From NCBI GenBank assembly GCA_013359265.1, contig JABWCD010000005.1, positions 73,678 to 137,677 of the forward strand: a stretch of 64,000 nt of DNA. The letters run 5' to 3'. Shown in pieces: positions 27,765 through 37,260 of this stretch. The DNA is from Candidatus Hydrogenedentota bacterium. GTDB taxonomy: Bacteria; Hydrogenedentota; Hydrogenedentia; Hydrogenedentales; SLHB01. Made by a program: the position numbers and the translations under genes. The notes below the pieces were generated by a model. It saw only the letters and a list, made by a program, of their open reading frames with translations, had not been told where the DNA came from and made no database searches. The first letter of the stretch is position 1. Each line of letters begins with the position of its first letter.

Positions 27765-29500
27765 CCACGCGCGGCGCGTTTGCGCGGTACGGCGCATGGG
27801 TCCCGCTGGCTATCGCCGCTGCATTGGCGGCGACGGGCCTGGGCACGGGTTTTGTCGGCGACGACGCGTATCACCTGCTGATTCTCCATGGCGAGCGCAC
27901 GCCATCGGTTGACGGCAATCTCTATTCGTTCATGTCCGGCGATCCCGAAGTTACGCAACAGTTCATCGAATCCGGACCGTATCCGTGGTGGACATGGCCT
28001 GAAGCGAAGGCCGTTTTTTACCGCCCCCTGACGGTCGCGCTGCAACGGCTGGACTTTGCCGTGTTCGGAAACCATGCCGTGTATTGGCATATCCACGGGA
28101 TCGCGTGGTATCTCGCGATGGTCTATGCATGGATTCTGATCGCGCGCAGATCGCTCTCCGCGCCGATTGCCTTTCTCGCGGCGATCCTGTTCGCGATCGA
28201 CGAATCCCATTGGATGCCCGCGGTCTGGATCGCGAACCGTAACGCGGTTGTTGCGTGTGTGCCTGCGTTGTTCGGTCTATACGCGCACCTGCGATGGCGG
28301 GAAAACGGTTGGAAGCCGGGCCTTCCACTTTCCATCGCCGGATACGTTCTCGGCATGTTCGGGGGCGAAGCCTGGCTCGGGATGGCGGCGTACGTGGCGG
28401 CGTATGAACTGTTTCACACGCGCGAAACGATAGCGCGCCGGTTCCTGCACCTCGCTCCCGCGGCGACCTGTGCCATCGCGTACGCTGTCGCGTACAAACT
28501 CTCGGGCTACGGCGCGTACGGTTCGGGCAGCTATACCCAACCGCTCAGTGCGTTGTACTTCTCCGAAGCGCCGGGGCGCATACTCGCGCTGATCGGCGGT
28601 CTGCTCCTCTCCTCGCCGGTCGATGCGTGGGCATTTTTCCCGCAACTGCGCTGGGCGCTCATCGCCATTGGAATATTCTCCCTCATCCTATTCTCCGGCT
28701 TGTTGCACCGGTGCTGGCCCGGGCTGGACGAGCGCGACCGCGCTGCGCTGCGCTGGCTCATACCCGGCGGAATCCTGTCGCTCCTTCCGGTGATTGCCGC
28801 ATTTCCGATGGGCCGTCTCCTGCTCGGGCCGTCGCTTGCGGGCAGCGCAGTCGTCGCCGTGTTACTGCGCCACTGGTGGATGACCCGGCGGAAACGGCGC
28901 ATTCAACTCGCAGGTGTCGCGTGCGCGGCGCTTGCGTTTGTCCACATCGTAGTCGCCACCATTGCGTGGCCCGCGCAGTCCGCGATTATCACGTTTATCG
29001 GGTATTGGGCCGATCGCGTTTTTCTCGAGGCGCCGATCGACGACGCGCGCGTTTCCAGGCAGAAGGTTTTCCTGCTCGCCGCGCAGGACCCGTTCACATT
29101 GATGTATCCGCCCATCGTTCGTCGGCTGAAAGGCAAGCCTTTGCCGGAGGGATGGCACGCGCTATCCGCCTCGATGTCGGACCATGTGTTTACGCGCACT
29201 GGGGCGAACTCGTTCGAGTTCGAGTCCGCGCGCGGACCGCTCGTGGACGGCGTATTCGCGGACATCTTGCGGGGCCCTGACCATCCGCTCGCGGAGGGCG
29301 ACACGGTCAGCCTCGGCGATGCGCGGATCATTGTGCTCGATGTTATCGACGGAAGGCCGAGGAAGATTCGCGTCGAGTGCGACCAGCCGCTCGATGGTCC
29401 GCGGTACGTGTTTCTGCAATGGATCGATTACCGGCTGCAACTGTTCCCGTTACCACCGGTGGGCGAGTCGCGGGTTGTCAGGTACGCTAAAGCAAATTGA
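27761..29500 (+). CDS. Polytopic membrane protein, GT-C-like glycosyltransferase architecture
   Basis: GTG start overlaps the upstream TGA (GTGA). About 11 TM helices, followed by a soluble ~170-aa C-terminal domain. Confidence 0.45.
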   Translation: MTTRGAFARYGAWVPLAIAAALAATGLGTGFVGDDAYHLLILHGERTPSVDGNLYSFMSGDPEVTQQFIESGPYPWWTWPEAKAVFYRPLTVALQRLDFAVFGNHAVYWHIHGIAWYLAMVYAWILIARRSLSAPIAFLAAILFAIDESHWMPAVWIANRNAVVACVPALFGLYAHLRWRENGWKPGLPLSIAGYVLGMFGGEAWLGMAAYVAAYELFHTRETIARRFLHLAPAATCAIAYAVAYKLSGYGAYGSGSYTQPLSALYFSEAPGRILALIGGLLLSSPVDAWAFFPQLRWALIAIGIFSLILFSGLLHRCWPGLDERDRAALRWLIPGGILSLLPVIAAFPMGRLLLGPSLAGSAVVAVLLRHWWMTRRKRRIQLAGVACAALAFVHIVVATIAWPAQSAIITFIGYWADRVFLEAPIDDARVSRQKVFLLAAQDPFTLMYPPIVRRLKGKPLPEGWHALSASMSDHVFTRTGANSFEFESARGPLVDGVFADILRGPDHPLAEGDTVSLGDARIIVLDVIDGRPRKIRVECDQPLDGPRYVFLQWIDYRLQLFPLPPVGESRVVRYAKAN

Positions 29501-29514
29501 AAATGTTGCGTAGC

Positions 29515-29860
29515 TGTGCTCTCGTTTTCGTGCTCGTTTTCGTGCTCGTAATCGTAATCGCAGACTCGATCCGCACCGAAACCTACGGGACATACCGGCT
29601 ACGACCTTTCTTGAATCGCGCGAGCACAATTCGAGAATTCTCTTAGCTGCGGGCGCGGGCATTGGTCGGTCATGAAGCCAAACACCCGATTACGATTACG
29701 AAGACGATTACGATTACGAGTCACAATGGGGCATGGATCCACCCAAACGAATTCAGATTCATGGAATGGATGGACGGGATAGACACGATGGACGGCACTA
29801 AGGACGAATGCCGATTATCGATTACGATTACGAGCACGATTACGAGCACGAGCACGAAAA
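29515..29860. repeat. Hexamer-repeat element: three arrays of CGATTA/CGAGCA-type hexamers, with the outer two in inverted orientation
   Basis: Left array 29515-29562 is (TCGTTT/TCGTGC/TCGTAA)n. Middle array 29687-29720 and right array 29812-29860 are (CGATTA/CGAAGA/CGAGCA)n, i.e. the reverse complement of the left array. Confidence 0.6.
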
Positions 29861-29887
29861 TGCGGCTACCTGGTTACTGAAATTGCT

Positions 29888-31264
29888 CTAGCCCGTGACG
29901 GCGCGCTGGCGCTGACGCGGGCGCTGCGTGCGATCCCACAACGGCGCGACGTTGCGCGCGTTCCACGCGTCCCAATCTGCCTGCAGTTCCTTCACCACTT
30001 CCGGCATTTCCGCCGCGAGGTTCTTGTCTTCGTGAATGTCTCTTGTAAGGCTGTACAACGCGAGCGGCTCTTCCGCCTGCTTCACCAGCTTGAAGTCGCC
30101 TTTGCGGATTGCCATGTTTTCGCCTTGCCGCCAGTACAAGGCGTCATGCGGCGCGCCGGACGCTTTGCCGTTGAGATAGGGGAGGAGACTCACGCCTTCG
30201 CATTTCGCCGACGCGTCGAGTGTCCCGCCCGCCGCCGCGATCGCCGTCGGCAAAATGTCGAGCGAATTGACCGGCTGCGAATAAGTGACGCCCGCGGGAA
30301 TTTGCCCCGGCCATTGCATCATGTATGGCACGCGTATGCCGCCCTCGAGCACCTGTCCCTTGAACCCGCGCAGCGGATCGTTCTTCGACGAGATTTGCGC
30401 CGTCGGCCCGCCATTGTCGCTGATGAAAATCACGAGCGTGTCACCGGTCAGCCCGTTCGCGTTGAGCGCGCCGAGGATGCTGCCAACGCCGGCATCGAGT
30501 GCCGACAACATTGCCGCAAACTTCCTGCGCTTTTCGTCCGAAATCGAAGCGAACGGCGCCAAATAGTTTTCCAGCGCGTCCATCGGGGCATGCACCGCGT
30601 TGAACGGCATGTACAGAAAGAATGGATGGTCCTTGTGCCGATTGATGAAATCGCACGCCTCACGCGCGAAGTCGTCGGTCGTGTAGCTGATCTCCTTCAC
30701 GGCCTCCCGCCCGCGCAGGATTGGGTTTTTCGCATCCGCGCCGGCGTTCACATACGAATGCGCGCCACCGAGGAACCCATAGTATTCGTCAAACCCGCGG
30801 TCCATCGGGTGGAACCCATCCTGTCCGCCGAGGTGCCACTTACCAACCATTCCCGTTGCGTACCCGAGCTGTTTCATGCGCTGCGGGAACGTCGTTTCCG
30901 ACAGGGGCAGTCCGACGTTCTTCGCCTCCGTGCCGGCTGGACCGGGATTGAACTCATGGCCAAAGCGCTGCTGGTATCGACCCGTCATCAGGCCTGCGCG
31001 CGTGGGACTGCATACCGGACACGTCACGTACCCGTCCGTGAATCGCACGCCGTTCTTGGCGATGGAATCGATATTCGGCGTCAGGATGTCTTTCGAGCCT
31101 TGCGCACTCAACTCGCCATACCCGAGATCGTCCGCGACTATGAGCACGACGTTCGGCTTTCTGCGCGCGGCGGTCGCGGTAGCGGTGGTCGTGCACCCCG
31201 CGCCGTTTATCGCGGCAGCGACCCCAAACGCACCGCACAGCGAAATGAATTGGCGTCGATTCAT
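29888..31264 (-). CDS. Arylsulfatase (formylglycine-dependent, Cys-type), secreted
   Basis: CSPTRAGLMTGR active-site motif; a RRQFISL TAT-like signal; start placed at the ATG at 31264. Confidence 0.85.
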   Translation of the reverse strand: MNRRQFISLCGAFGVAAAINGAGCTTTATATAARRKPNVVLIVADDLGYGELSAQGSKDILTPNIDSIAKNGVRFTDGYVTCPVCSPTRAGLMTGRYQQRFGHEFNPGPAGTEAKNVGLPLSETTFPQRMKQLGYATGMVGKWHLGGQDGFHPMDRGFDEYYGFLGGAHSYVNAGADAKNPILRGREAVKEISYTTDDFAREACDFINRHKDHPFFLYMPFNAVHAPMDALENYLAPFASISDEKRRKFAAMLSALDAGVGSILGALNANGLTGDTLVIFISDNGGPTAQISSKNDPLRGFKGQVLEGGIRVPYMMQWPGQIPAGVTYSQPVNSLDILPTAIAAAGGTLDASAKCEGVSLLPYLNGKASGAPHDALYWRQGENMAIRKGDFKLVKQAEEPLALYSLTRDIHEDKNLAAEMPEVVKELQADWDAWNARNVAPLWDRTQRPRQRQRAVTG

Positions 31265-31879
31265 GTCAAGTCTCCGTATTGGTCCATGCCGCTTGAAACT
31301 TTTGGCAGGTCTATAGCGCAGACCCCGCCAAAGGGGTGACTGTCCCCGCGCCACCCCGTATATTAAATGGCACGAGCCAGAAGTTTCTTGAAGAGCACTG
31401 GGGACATGCGGAATCGTAGTCCGATCACCACTCCGTTGCAACACACCTCCACGGCGGCCATGTAGCCATTCGAAGAGAGAGTTTTTCGAACGCTACGCAT
31501 TTGAGCCGGTACGACCGGAGTCGGCGGCTCCAGGCATCCGCCCTCCGAAAAGGAGTGTCACTTCTTAGGGGAATGTATTGCACCCGCGAAGCGGGAATTG
31601 CCGCTCGAGAAATTGAAACAAAGGTGTGTGGCGATTAAGACTAATGGTCCCCGTCAATGGATTTTGTTGATGTTTGTAGCGCCCGGTCTCCGTGCCGGGC
31701 GGAATTCCACGTGACTGGAACCGCCAAATTCAAATGACGCAGACCACTGGCGCAACTTCACGTGATACGCGGTCGTGGGCAGAAACTGCGCTTCGGAGGT
31801 TTGTGGCAGGATATTGTCGCGCCGAGCCATGGGTACCATCGCAAAAGTGAATATCCACTCAAATCGAGCAGAATCGGAC

Positions 31880-32965
31880 ATGTCCCGCCGCGAGTTTCTC
31901 GCTGCGGGAGGTAGCCTCGCGTTGACGGCGGGCCTGGCATATGCCGCATCAGGACCGGAGCGGCACGGCGGCGACGCCGATCTCCTCGCAAAACTCTGCA
32001 CGCCAAACAAGCACCCGGAGCTTGTGCTTGCACCGTCCTACGAAGCCGGCTCCTACGACGCGTTGGCAATCGATTGTCCGTTTGTTTTCGCCGCGGACGG
32101 TCTGTACTACATGGTCCACATCGGCTTCGATGGCATCGGCTACCGGACGGGACTGGCCCATTCAAATGACCTGATTCATTGGAAGAAAAAGGGCCTCATT
32201 CTCGATCGTGGCGAAGCGGGGTCGGTCACGGAATACAACATCGCGTTGACGTGGATCGTCCGCGACAACGACTTGTTCGGTACCGGCGCATTGAAACGTG
32301 TTCAAGGCCGCTACCTTGGCACCTATCACGCCTATCCCAAACCGGGGTACGAAACCGGACCTGCGGTGATCGGACTGTGTTGGAGCGACGACTTGCGCGA
32401 ATGGACCATCGAGCCGCCCTGCCTCAGCGCATCGGACACTTCGGCGGGTCCGTGGGAACAAGGCGGTCTATACAAGTCGTGTCTCGTAGAAGAGAGTGGC
32501 ACGTACTACATGTTCTATAACGCAAAAACGAAAACCGAGCCGTGGATCGAGCAAACCGGTGTGGCGATATCCGCGGACCTCAAGACCTGGCGGCGTTTCG
32601 AGCGCAATCCGATCCTGCCCGTCGGACCCCGCGGCGCGTTCGACGATGTTTTCTGCAGCGACCCTGCCGTGGTTCGCGTCGGCGAAACGTGGGCCATGTT
32701 CTTCTACACCCTCGGCAGCGACGGCCGTGCGCGGGATTCCGTAGCGTTCTCCGGCGACCTCTTCGCATGGCGCAAAAGTAACGAGATTTTGATCGATGTC
32801 GGCCCGCCGGGCGCCGTCGACTCCCGATACGCACACAAACCGTCCGTCATTGTCAAAGACGGCACGCTCTACCACTTCTATTGCGCCGTCTCGCCTATGC
32901 CCGAACGAACCATCGGCGATCACAAACAGACCGAACGCCGCGGCATAGGCGTCGCCACCTCGTAA
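31880..32965 (+). CDS. Secreted beta-propeller glycoside-hydrolase-like protein (GH43/GH130 clan-like)
   Basis: TAT signal SRREFLAAGG; repeated aromatic/Asp blades (YYMFYNAKT, WAMFFYTLGSDG). The family assignment is approximate. Confidence 0.45.
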   Translation: MSRREFLAAGGSLALTAGLAYAASGPERHGGDADLLAKLCTPNKHPELVLAPSYEAGSYDALAIDCPFVFAADGLYYMVHIGFDGIGYRTGLAHSNDLIHWKKKGLILDRGEAGSVTEYNIALTWIVRDNDLFGTGALKRVQGRYLGTYHAYPKPGYETGPAVIGLCWSDDLREWTIEPPCLSASDTSAGPWEQGGLYKSCLVEESGTYYMFYNAKTKTEPWIEQTGVAISADLKTWRRFERNPILPVGPRGAFDDVFCSDPAVVRVGETWAMFFYTLGSDGRARDSVAFSGDLFAWRKSNEILIDVGPPGAVDSRYAHKPSVIVKDGTLYHFYCAVSPMPERTIGDHKQTERRGIGVATS

Positions 32966-33026
32966 GTTGCCAGAGGAGCGGAGAATGTGAGCAGAATCGC
33001 GTGGCAACGCAGCGCCTGCCCCGCGG

Positions 33027-33530
33027 CTAAGGCGCGTCTAGCGACCGAAATGTTGCGAGTGGGAGGAACAAGTGCGACGAATGATCGTGGAATTGCTGGA
33101 ATCCATATTTCTGGTAGAACTGCGTCGCGCGTTCGTCGATCGCGTGAACCTCTACGGCAAGAATCGCCATTTGGTCCGCGATTCGCGCTACCCGTTTGAG
33201 CGCATCGACGAGGAGCGTCTGCCCGAGGCCTCTCCCCTGAGCGGTCTTATCTACGGCAAGCTTGCCAATCAATGCCACGGGCAAGGGATACTTGGGTAAC
33301 TTCTTCCGCAGCTCTTCCGGCATATTCTCGAACGCAACGGAGGAGGCAGAAAGTGTGTAATACCCGACGACGGTCGTTTCTCCGGGGTGTACGGCCACAA
33401 ACGTGCGGCCAATGTGTTTGCGTTCGTGCTGCCCTGCATATCTGCGAATATATTCGTCGAGCTGCCCGCGGCCACAGCGGAATTGTTGCCGAACGTGCCG
33501 AGGTCCCAACGGCTCGATGAGCCAACTCAC
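33027..33530 (-). CDS. GNAT-family N-acetyltransferase toxin (TacT/KacT-like) of a type II TA pair
   Basis: GNAT acetyl-CoA motif (QGRGLGQTLLVDAL). Its start overlaps the stop of the upstream DUF1778 antitoxin gene by 4 nt. Confidence 0.65.
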   Translation of the reverse strand: MSWLIEPLGPRHVRQQFRCGRGQLDEYIRRYAGQHERKHIGRTFVAVHPGETTVVGYYTLSASSVAFENMPEELRKKLPKYPLPVALIGKLAVDKTAQGRGLGQTLLVDALKRVARIADQMAILAVEVHAIDERATQFYQKYGFQQFHDHSSHLFLPLATFRSLDAP

Positions 33531-33793
33531 CTCAATCGGCGCTTTTGGTGTGACTTTACGGCATCTCGCAGCGCCTTATTCGGTCTGGGCGGTGCATCGA
33601 GCAACTTTAGGAAGAGGTCGCGATCCCTGTCGGACAGCACGACTTGTGCATGTTCGGCAACTACCTTACCCGCCTCGTCCAGCAGCGTCGCGACGACAAA
33701 CTGGGTGACGGTTTGGTTTCGCAATTCAGCTGCCTGTTGGATCAACGTTTTCGAATCCGCATTCAGTCGGATATCGAGTCGTGTCGCGTTCAT
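33527..33793 (-). CDS. DUF1778 (TacA-like, RHH) antitoxin
   Basis: MNATRLDIRLNADSKTLIQQAAELRNQTVTQFVV is the canonical DUF1778 N-terminus; start at the ATG at 33793. Confidence 0.65.
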   Translation of the reverse strand: MNATRLDIRLNADSKTLIQQAAELRNQTVTQFVVATLLDEAGKVVAEHAQVVLSDRDRDLFLKLLDAPPRPNKALRDAVKSHQKRRLR

Positions 33794-33873
33794 GCTTTGC
33801 TCCGAAGGCCCTAACGCCGGGCGCAGTATACCACGCTGTACGGCAATTTGCCGCACAAACCTTGTCTGTACGA

Positions 33874-34524
33874 CTACGCCGATTCCTCTTTTTCCGCGAT
33901 GCCTTTTTCCTTGGCGTACTCACGGAGTTTTTCGCGGAGCATTTTGCGGCCGCGGAACAGGCGGGACATGACGGTGCCGATGGGGCAGCCCATGCGGTCT
34001 GCGATTTCCTTATAGGACAGGTCTTCGATGTCGGCCATGACGACGGCGTTGCGGAAGTCATCTGGAAGGGACTCGATGGCGAGTTTGACTTCGTCATCGA
34101 GAAGTTCCATGAGTTCCTTGGCGCCGCGGTGTTCGGGCTCGTAGCGGACGGTTGGGTCGGGTGACGTGTCTTCTGCCGCCTCGGCGCCGGTCAGTTCGAC
34201 GGCCGCGGGGCGTCGGGCGCGGCGGCGGTACTCATTAATATAGGTATTGCGGAGGATAGTCAGCAGCCACGCCTTGATGTAGGTGCCCTTCTCGAACTTG
34301 TCGTGGAACCGCAGGGCCTTCAGGACGGTGTTTTGGGTCAGGTCGGCGGCGTCCGCGGGGTTTCGCGTGTGGCGCAGGGCGACGGCGTAGAGCATGTCCA
34401 TATGCTCGATAACGAGTTGCTCGAACTCGGGAGAACGGGCCTTCCCGTCGTTGTCGGATGGTTCCAAGGGGTTACTGCTTTCGTTGGTGGTGGGGTGGGG
34501 ATCGGACGGCTTCCCCCGAGTCAA
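33874..34524 (-). CDS. ECF-subfamily RNA polymerase sigma-70 factor
   Basis: Region 2 (LTQNTVLKALRFHDKFEKGTYIKAWLLTILRNTYIN) and region 4 (LSYKEIADRMGCPIGTVMSRLFRGRKMLR). Confidence 0.85.
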   Translation of the reverse strand: MTRGKPSDPHPTTNESSNPLEPSDNDGKARSPEFEQLVIEHMDMLYAVALRHTRNPADAADLTQNTVLKALRFHDKFEKGTYIKAWLLTILRNTYINEYRRRARRPAAVELTGAEAAEDTSPDPTVRYEPEHRGAKELMELLDDEVKLAIESLPDDFRNAVVMADIEDLSYKEIADRMGCPIGTVMSRLFRGRKMLREKLREYAKEKGIAEKEESA

Positions 34525-34660
34525 CAGGAATATTCCCGCACCGTTCGGGAATATTAACAGTCTTCCGGGCAGGCTTCAACCGTAATATTCCCGCTTGAAG
34601 GTCAATGCAGCGCGACTTTATGATCCTACCGGGACAAAAAGGGGCGAATGGGGATTCGTA

Positions 34661-35662
34661 ATGGCTTGTGAAGCAATAGCTTATGCGCGCGCTGGGCTGA
34701 TCGGCAATCCCTCGGACGGGTATTTTGGAAAGACGATCAGCTTTACCATACGCGACTTCGGGGCGAAGGTGAGCTTCTACGAGCACCCCGAGGTTGAAAT
34801 CGTGCCGAGTATGCGCGACCGCTCGACCTATGCGTCCGTGCGCGACCTGGTGGAAGACGTCGAGCAGTTTGGGTACTACGGCGCGATCCGGCTGGTGAAG
34901 GCGGCGATTCGGAAATTCGCGGACTACTGCGACGCCGAGCGCATTGCCCTGCCCAATCGGAACTTCCAGGTCCGGTACCGAACGACCATCCCGCGGCACG
35001 TCGGGTTGGCGGGGTCAAGCGCACTCGTGACCGCGACGATGAAGTGTCTTCTCGAATTCTACGAGGTGGAGATTCCACGCGAGATTCTGCCGAACTTGAT
35101 CCTCAGCGTCGAGACCGAAGAACTCGGTATCGCGGCGGGCCTGCAAGACCGGGTCATTCAAGTCTACGAAGGCTGCGTGTTCATGGATTTCGACCGCGCG
35201 CTGATGGAGTCGCGCGGTTACGGCAACTACGAAGAACTCGACGCGGCACTCTTGCCGAATCTGTATATTGCGTACCGGACGCGGCTGGCGGAAGGGTCGT
35301 ACGTGTTTCACAATAACATTCGCGAGCGCTGGCGCAATGGCGACCCTGTTGTCGTGGATGCCATGAAACAGTTCGCGGAGTTCGCGCAGGAAGTGCGCGA
35401 TCTGCTACTGGCCGGACGCGGCGGCGAGATCGGCCCAATCCTGAACAAAAACTTCGATCTGCGGCGGACGTTGTACCGAATCTCAGACGATAACATCGAT
35501 CTCGTCGAGCGCGCGAGGTCCGTGGGCGCGAGCGCGAAGTTCGCGGGTTCCGGTGGCGCGATAGTCGGCACGTACGAAGACGAGGCGATGTTTCAGAATT
35601 TGTTGCGCGTTTACGAAGGAACCGGCACGGCGGTGATTAAGCCAAACTTGGGGCAGGCGTGA
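34661..35662 (+). CDS. GHMP-family sugar/sugar-acid kinase
   Basis: Motif II PRHVGLAGSSALVTATM and a C-terminal AKFAGSGGAIVG block; ATG at 34661 is preceded by AAAAAGGGG. Confidence 0.7.
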   Translation: MACEAIAYARAGLIGNPSDGYFGKTISFTIRDFGAKVSFYEHPEVEIVPSMRDRSTYASVRDLVEDVEQFGYYGAIRLVKAAIRKFADYCDAERIALPNRNFQVRYRTTIPRHVGLAGSSALVTATMKCLLEFYEVEIPREILPNLILSVETEELGIAAGLQDRVIQVYEGCVFMDFDRALMESRGYGNYEELDAALLPNLYIAYRTRLAEGSYVFHNNIRERWRNGDPVVVDAMKQFAEFAQEVRDLLLAGRGGEIGPILNKNFDLRRTLYRISDDNIDLVERARSVGASAKFAGSGGAIVGTYEDEAMFQNLLRVYEGTGTAVIKPNLGQA

Positions 35663-36558
35663 TGCGCGTCCGTCGCGCGTTGGATCGCCGCATTGCGCTG
35701 ACAATGAGCGTATGTGCGATCGGCGCGGCACAGGCCGCACCGCTTGCGCATGACGCGCCGGAGACAATCGCCGCCGCGACGCTCGAAGAATTTCCTGTCA
35801 GCGTTGGCGCGCGGACGATTACCGTGCGCGTGCTGTCTCCGCCGGCAGGTAAACTTGCAGCGGACCCGGCGCTATTGTTCATGTTCGCACTCGACAGCGC
35901 CACGACACTGTCCAAGCGGCCGTATTGTCTCGCGGCGGAACACTTTCTTTCGCACGGACACCGCGCGGCAAGTTTCGATTTGCCCGCGCACGGCGATCGC
36001 GTCGGCACGGGCCGCAGCGGAATTGAAGGAATGCGCGATGCCTACGTCGCGGGCGAAGACGTGTTCGCCGCATTTGTAGACGACGGTAAAGCCGCGATCG
36101 ACGAGTGCATCAAGTGCGGCCTCGCAAAACCCGGACGCATTGCGGTCGCGGGCACGTCACGCGGCGGATACATGGCGCTGCGCCTCTTGGCGGGCGACGA
36201 TCGCATCGCCGCGGGCGCGGGCTTTGCGCCGGTGACGGATTGGCGCGCGCTACGCGAATTCGAGGCGGACAAGGAACGCGCCGACGTGCGCGATCTGCAA
36301 TTGACCAATTTCGTCAGCGGCATGACGGGCAAGCGCGTGTTTGTCGCCATCGGAAAAACGGACGCGCGCGTGAGCACGGAGCGTTGCACGGAGTTCGCGA
36401 ACGCGTTGAAGCAGGCAAATGCCGACGCGGGGCACAGCGCGGACGTGATCGAATTTCATCTTACCGATGACGCGGGCCACTCGCTTGGCGACGCGTGGTA
36501 CGACCGCGCACGCACATTTCTCTTGAACGCAGTGACGGCGGCTGCACCGTCGCCATAG
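35659..36558 (+). CDS. Secreted alpha/beta-hydrolase (esterase/dienelactone-hydrolase-like)
   Basis: Nucleophile elbow GTSRGG, signal-like N-terminus, start overlaps the upstream stop as ATGA. Confidence 0.6.
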   Translation: MMRVRRALDRRIALTMSVCAIGAAQAAPLAHDAPETIAAATLEEFPVSVGARTITVRVLSPPAGKLAADPALLFMFALDSATTLSKRPYCLAAEHFLSHGHRAASFDLPAHGDRVGTGRSGIEGMRDAYVAGEDVFAAFVDDGKAAIDECIKCGLAKPGRIAVAGTSRGGYMALRLLAGDDRIAAGAGFAPVTDWRALREFEADKERADVRDLQLTNFVSGMTGKRVFVAIGKTDARVSTERCTEFANALKQANADAGHSADVIEFHLTDDAGHSLGDAWYDRARTFLLNAVTAAAPSP

Positions 36559-36560
36559 CC

Positions 36561-37052
36561 GTGTCTGAAATCGCGATATGGGCGATCACGCCGGACGACG
36601 CATCATTCCTGCCGGAGGTTGTGTATTACGCGATTCATGTTCCACCCGGCGCGTTGCCGCCCCCTCGCGACATCGTGAACGATCCGGGCGTCGCCAAGTA
36701 TGTGCGCGCGTGGGGGAGAGCGGGGGACTACGGTGTGGTCGCAGTTGATCTCGGGACGAGTGAACGCGTCGGCGCGGCGTGGATGCGCTTGTTCACTTCG
36801 GGCGATCCTGGATACGGATTTATCTCGGAGGATGTCCCGGAGATTTCGGTCGCGCTTCTCCCGGAATTCCGAAACCGAGGTGTCGGATCGCGATTGATTA
36901 AACATCTCATCGACTACGCGACCGGAAAGTATCCTGCGCTGTCTCTGAGTGTAGTCGATTCGAACCCAGCGATCCGGCTCTATGATCGATTCGGCTTCCA
37001 GCGGGTGGGCATCACCGGCAATTCGATCACCATGCGGTTGGAACTGGCATAG
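36561..37052 (+). CDS. GNAT-family N-acetyltransferase
   Basis: NRGVGSRLIKHLIDYA acetyl-CoA-binding motif. GTG start immediately follows the upstream stop. Confidence 0.6.
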   Translation: MSEIAIWAITPDDASFLPEVVYYAIHVPPGALPPPRDIVNDPGVAKYVRAWGRAGDYGVVAVDLGTSERVGAAWMRLFTSGDPGYGFISEDVPEISVALLPEFRNRGVGSRLIKHLIDYATGKYPALSLSVVDSNPAIRLYDRFGFQRVGITGNSITMRLELA

Positions 37053-37260
37053 ATGGGCACGAACTACCTTCGTTAAACCGGCGGGTCGATGTAGGGTGGG
37101 AGGTTCGCCAAGCGTTAACGCCTTTCCATAACAGGAGTTACACGGTGTCTGTCAGTCCCGCGACGCGCTTGGTCTTGCGCTCTTTACGAATGATGTCTTT
37201 TTTGGTATAAATTAGGGGCTGTCCTTACCGACCGATAGGTAAATTACGAGGAGATCCCCC

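Noticed and set aside
29515-29860. CRISPR array
   Set aside because: The units are 6 nt, not 24-47 nt, with no unique spacers and no cas genes.
29662-29880. 72-aa ORF (ITITKTITITS...ITITSTITSTSTK)
   Set aside because: It is the direct translation of the CGATTA/CGAGCA hexamer arrays. It has no RBS and a low-complexity composition.
31265-31879. Possible small gene or sRNA in the 615-bp divergent intergenic region between the sulfatase and the beta-propeller hydrolase
   Set aside because: There is no ORF with an RBS or a recognisable motif and no obvious terminator or hairpin signature. This is probably just a divergent promoter region, which cannot be resolved from sequence alone.
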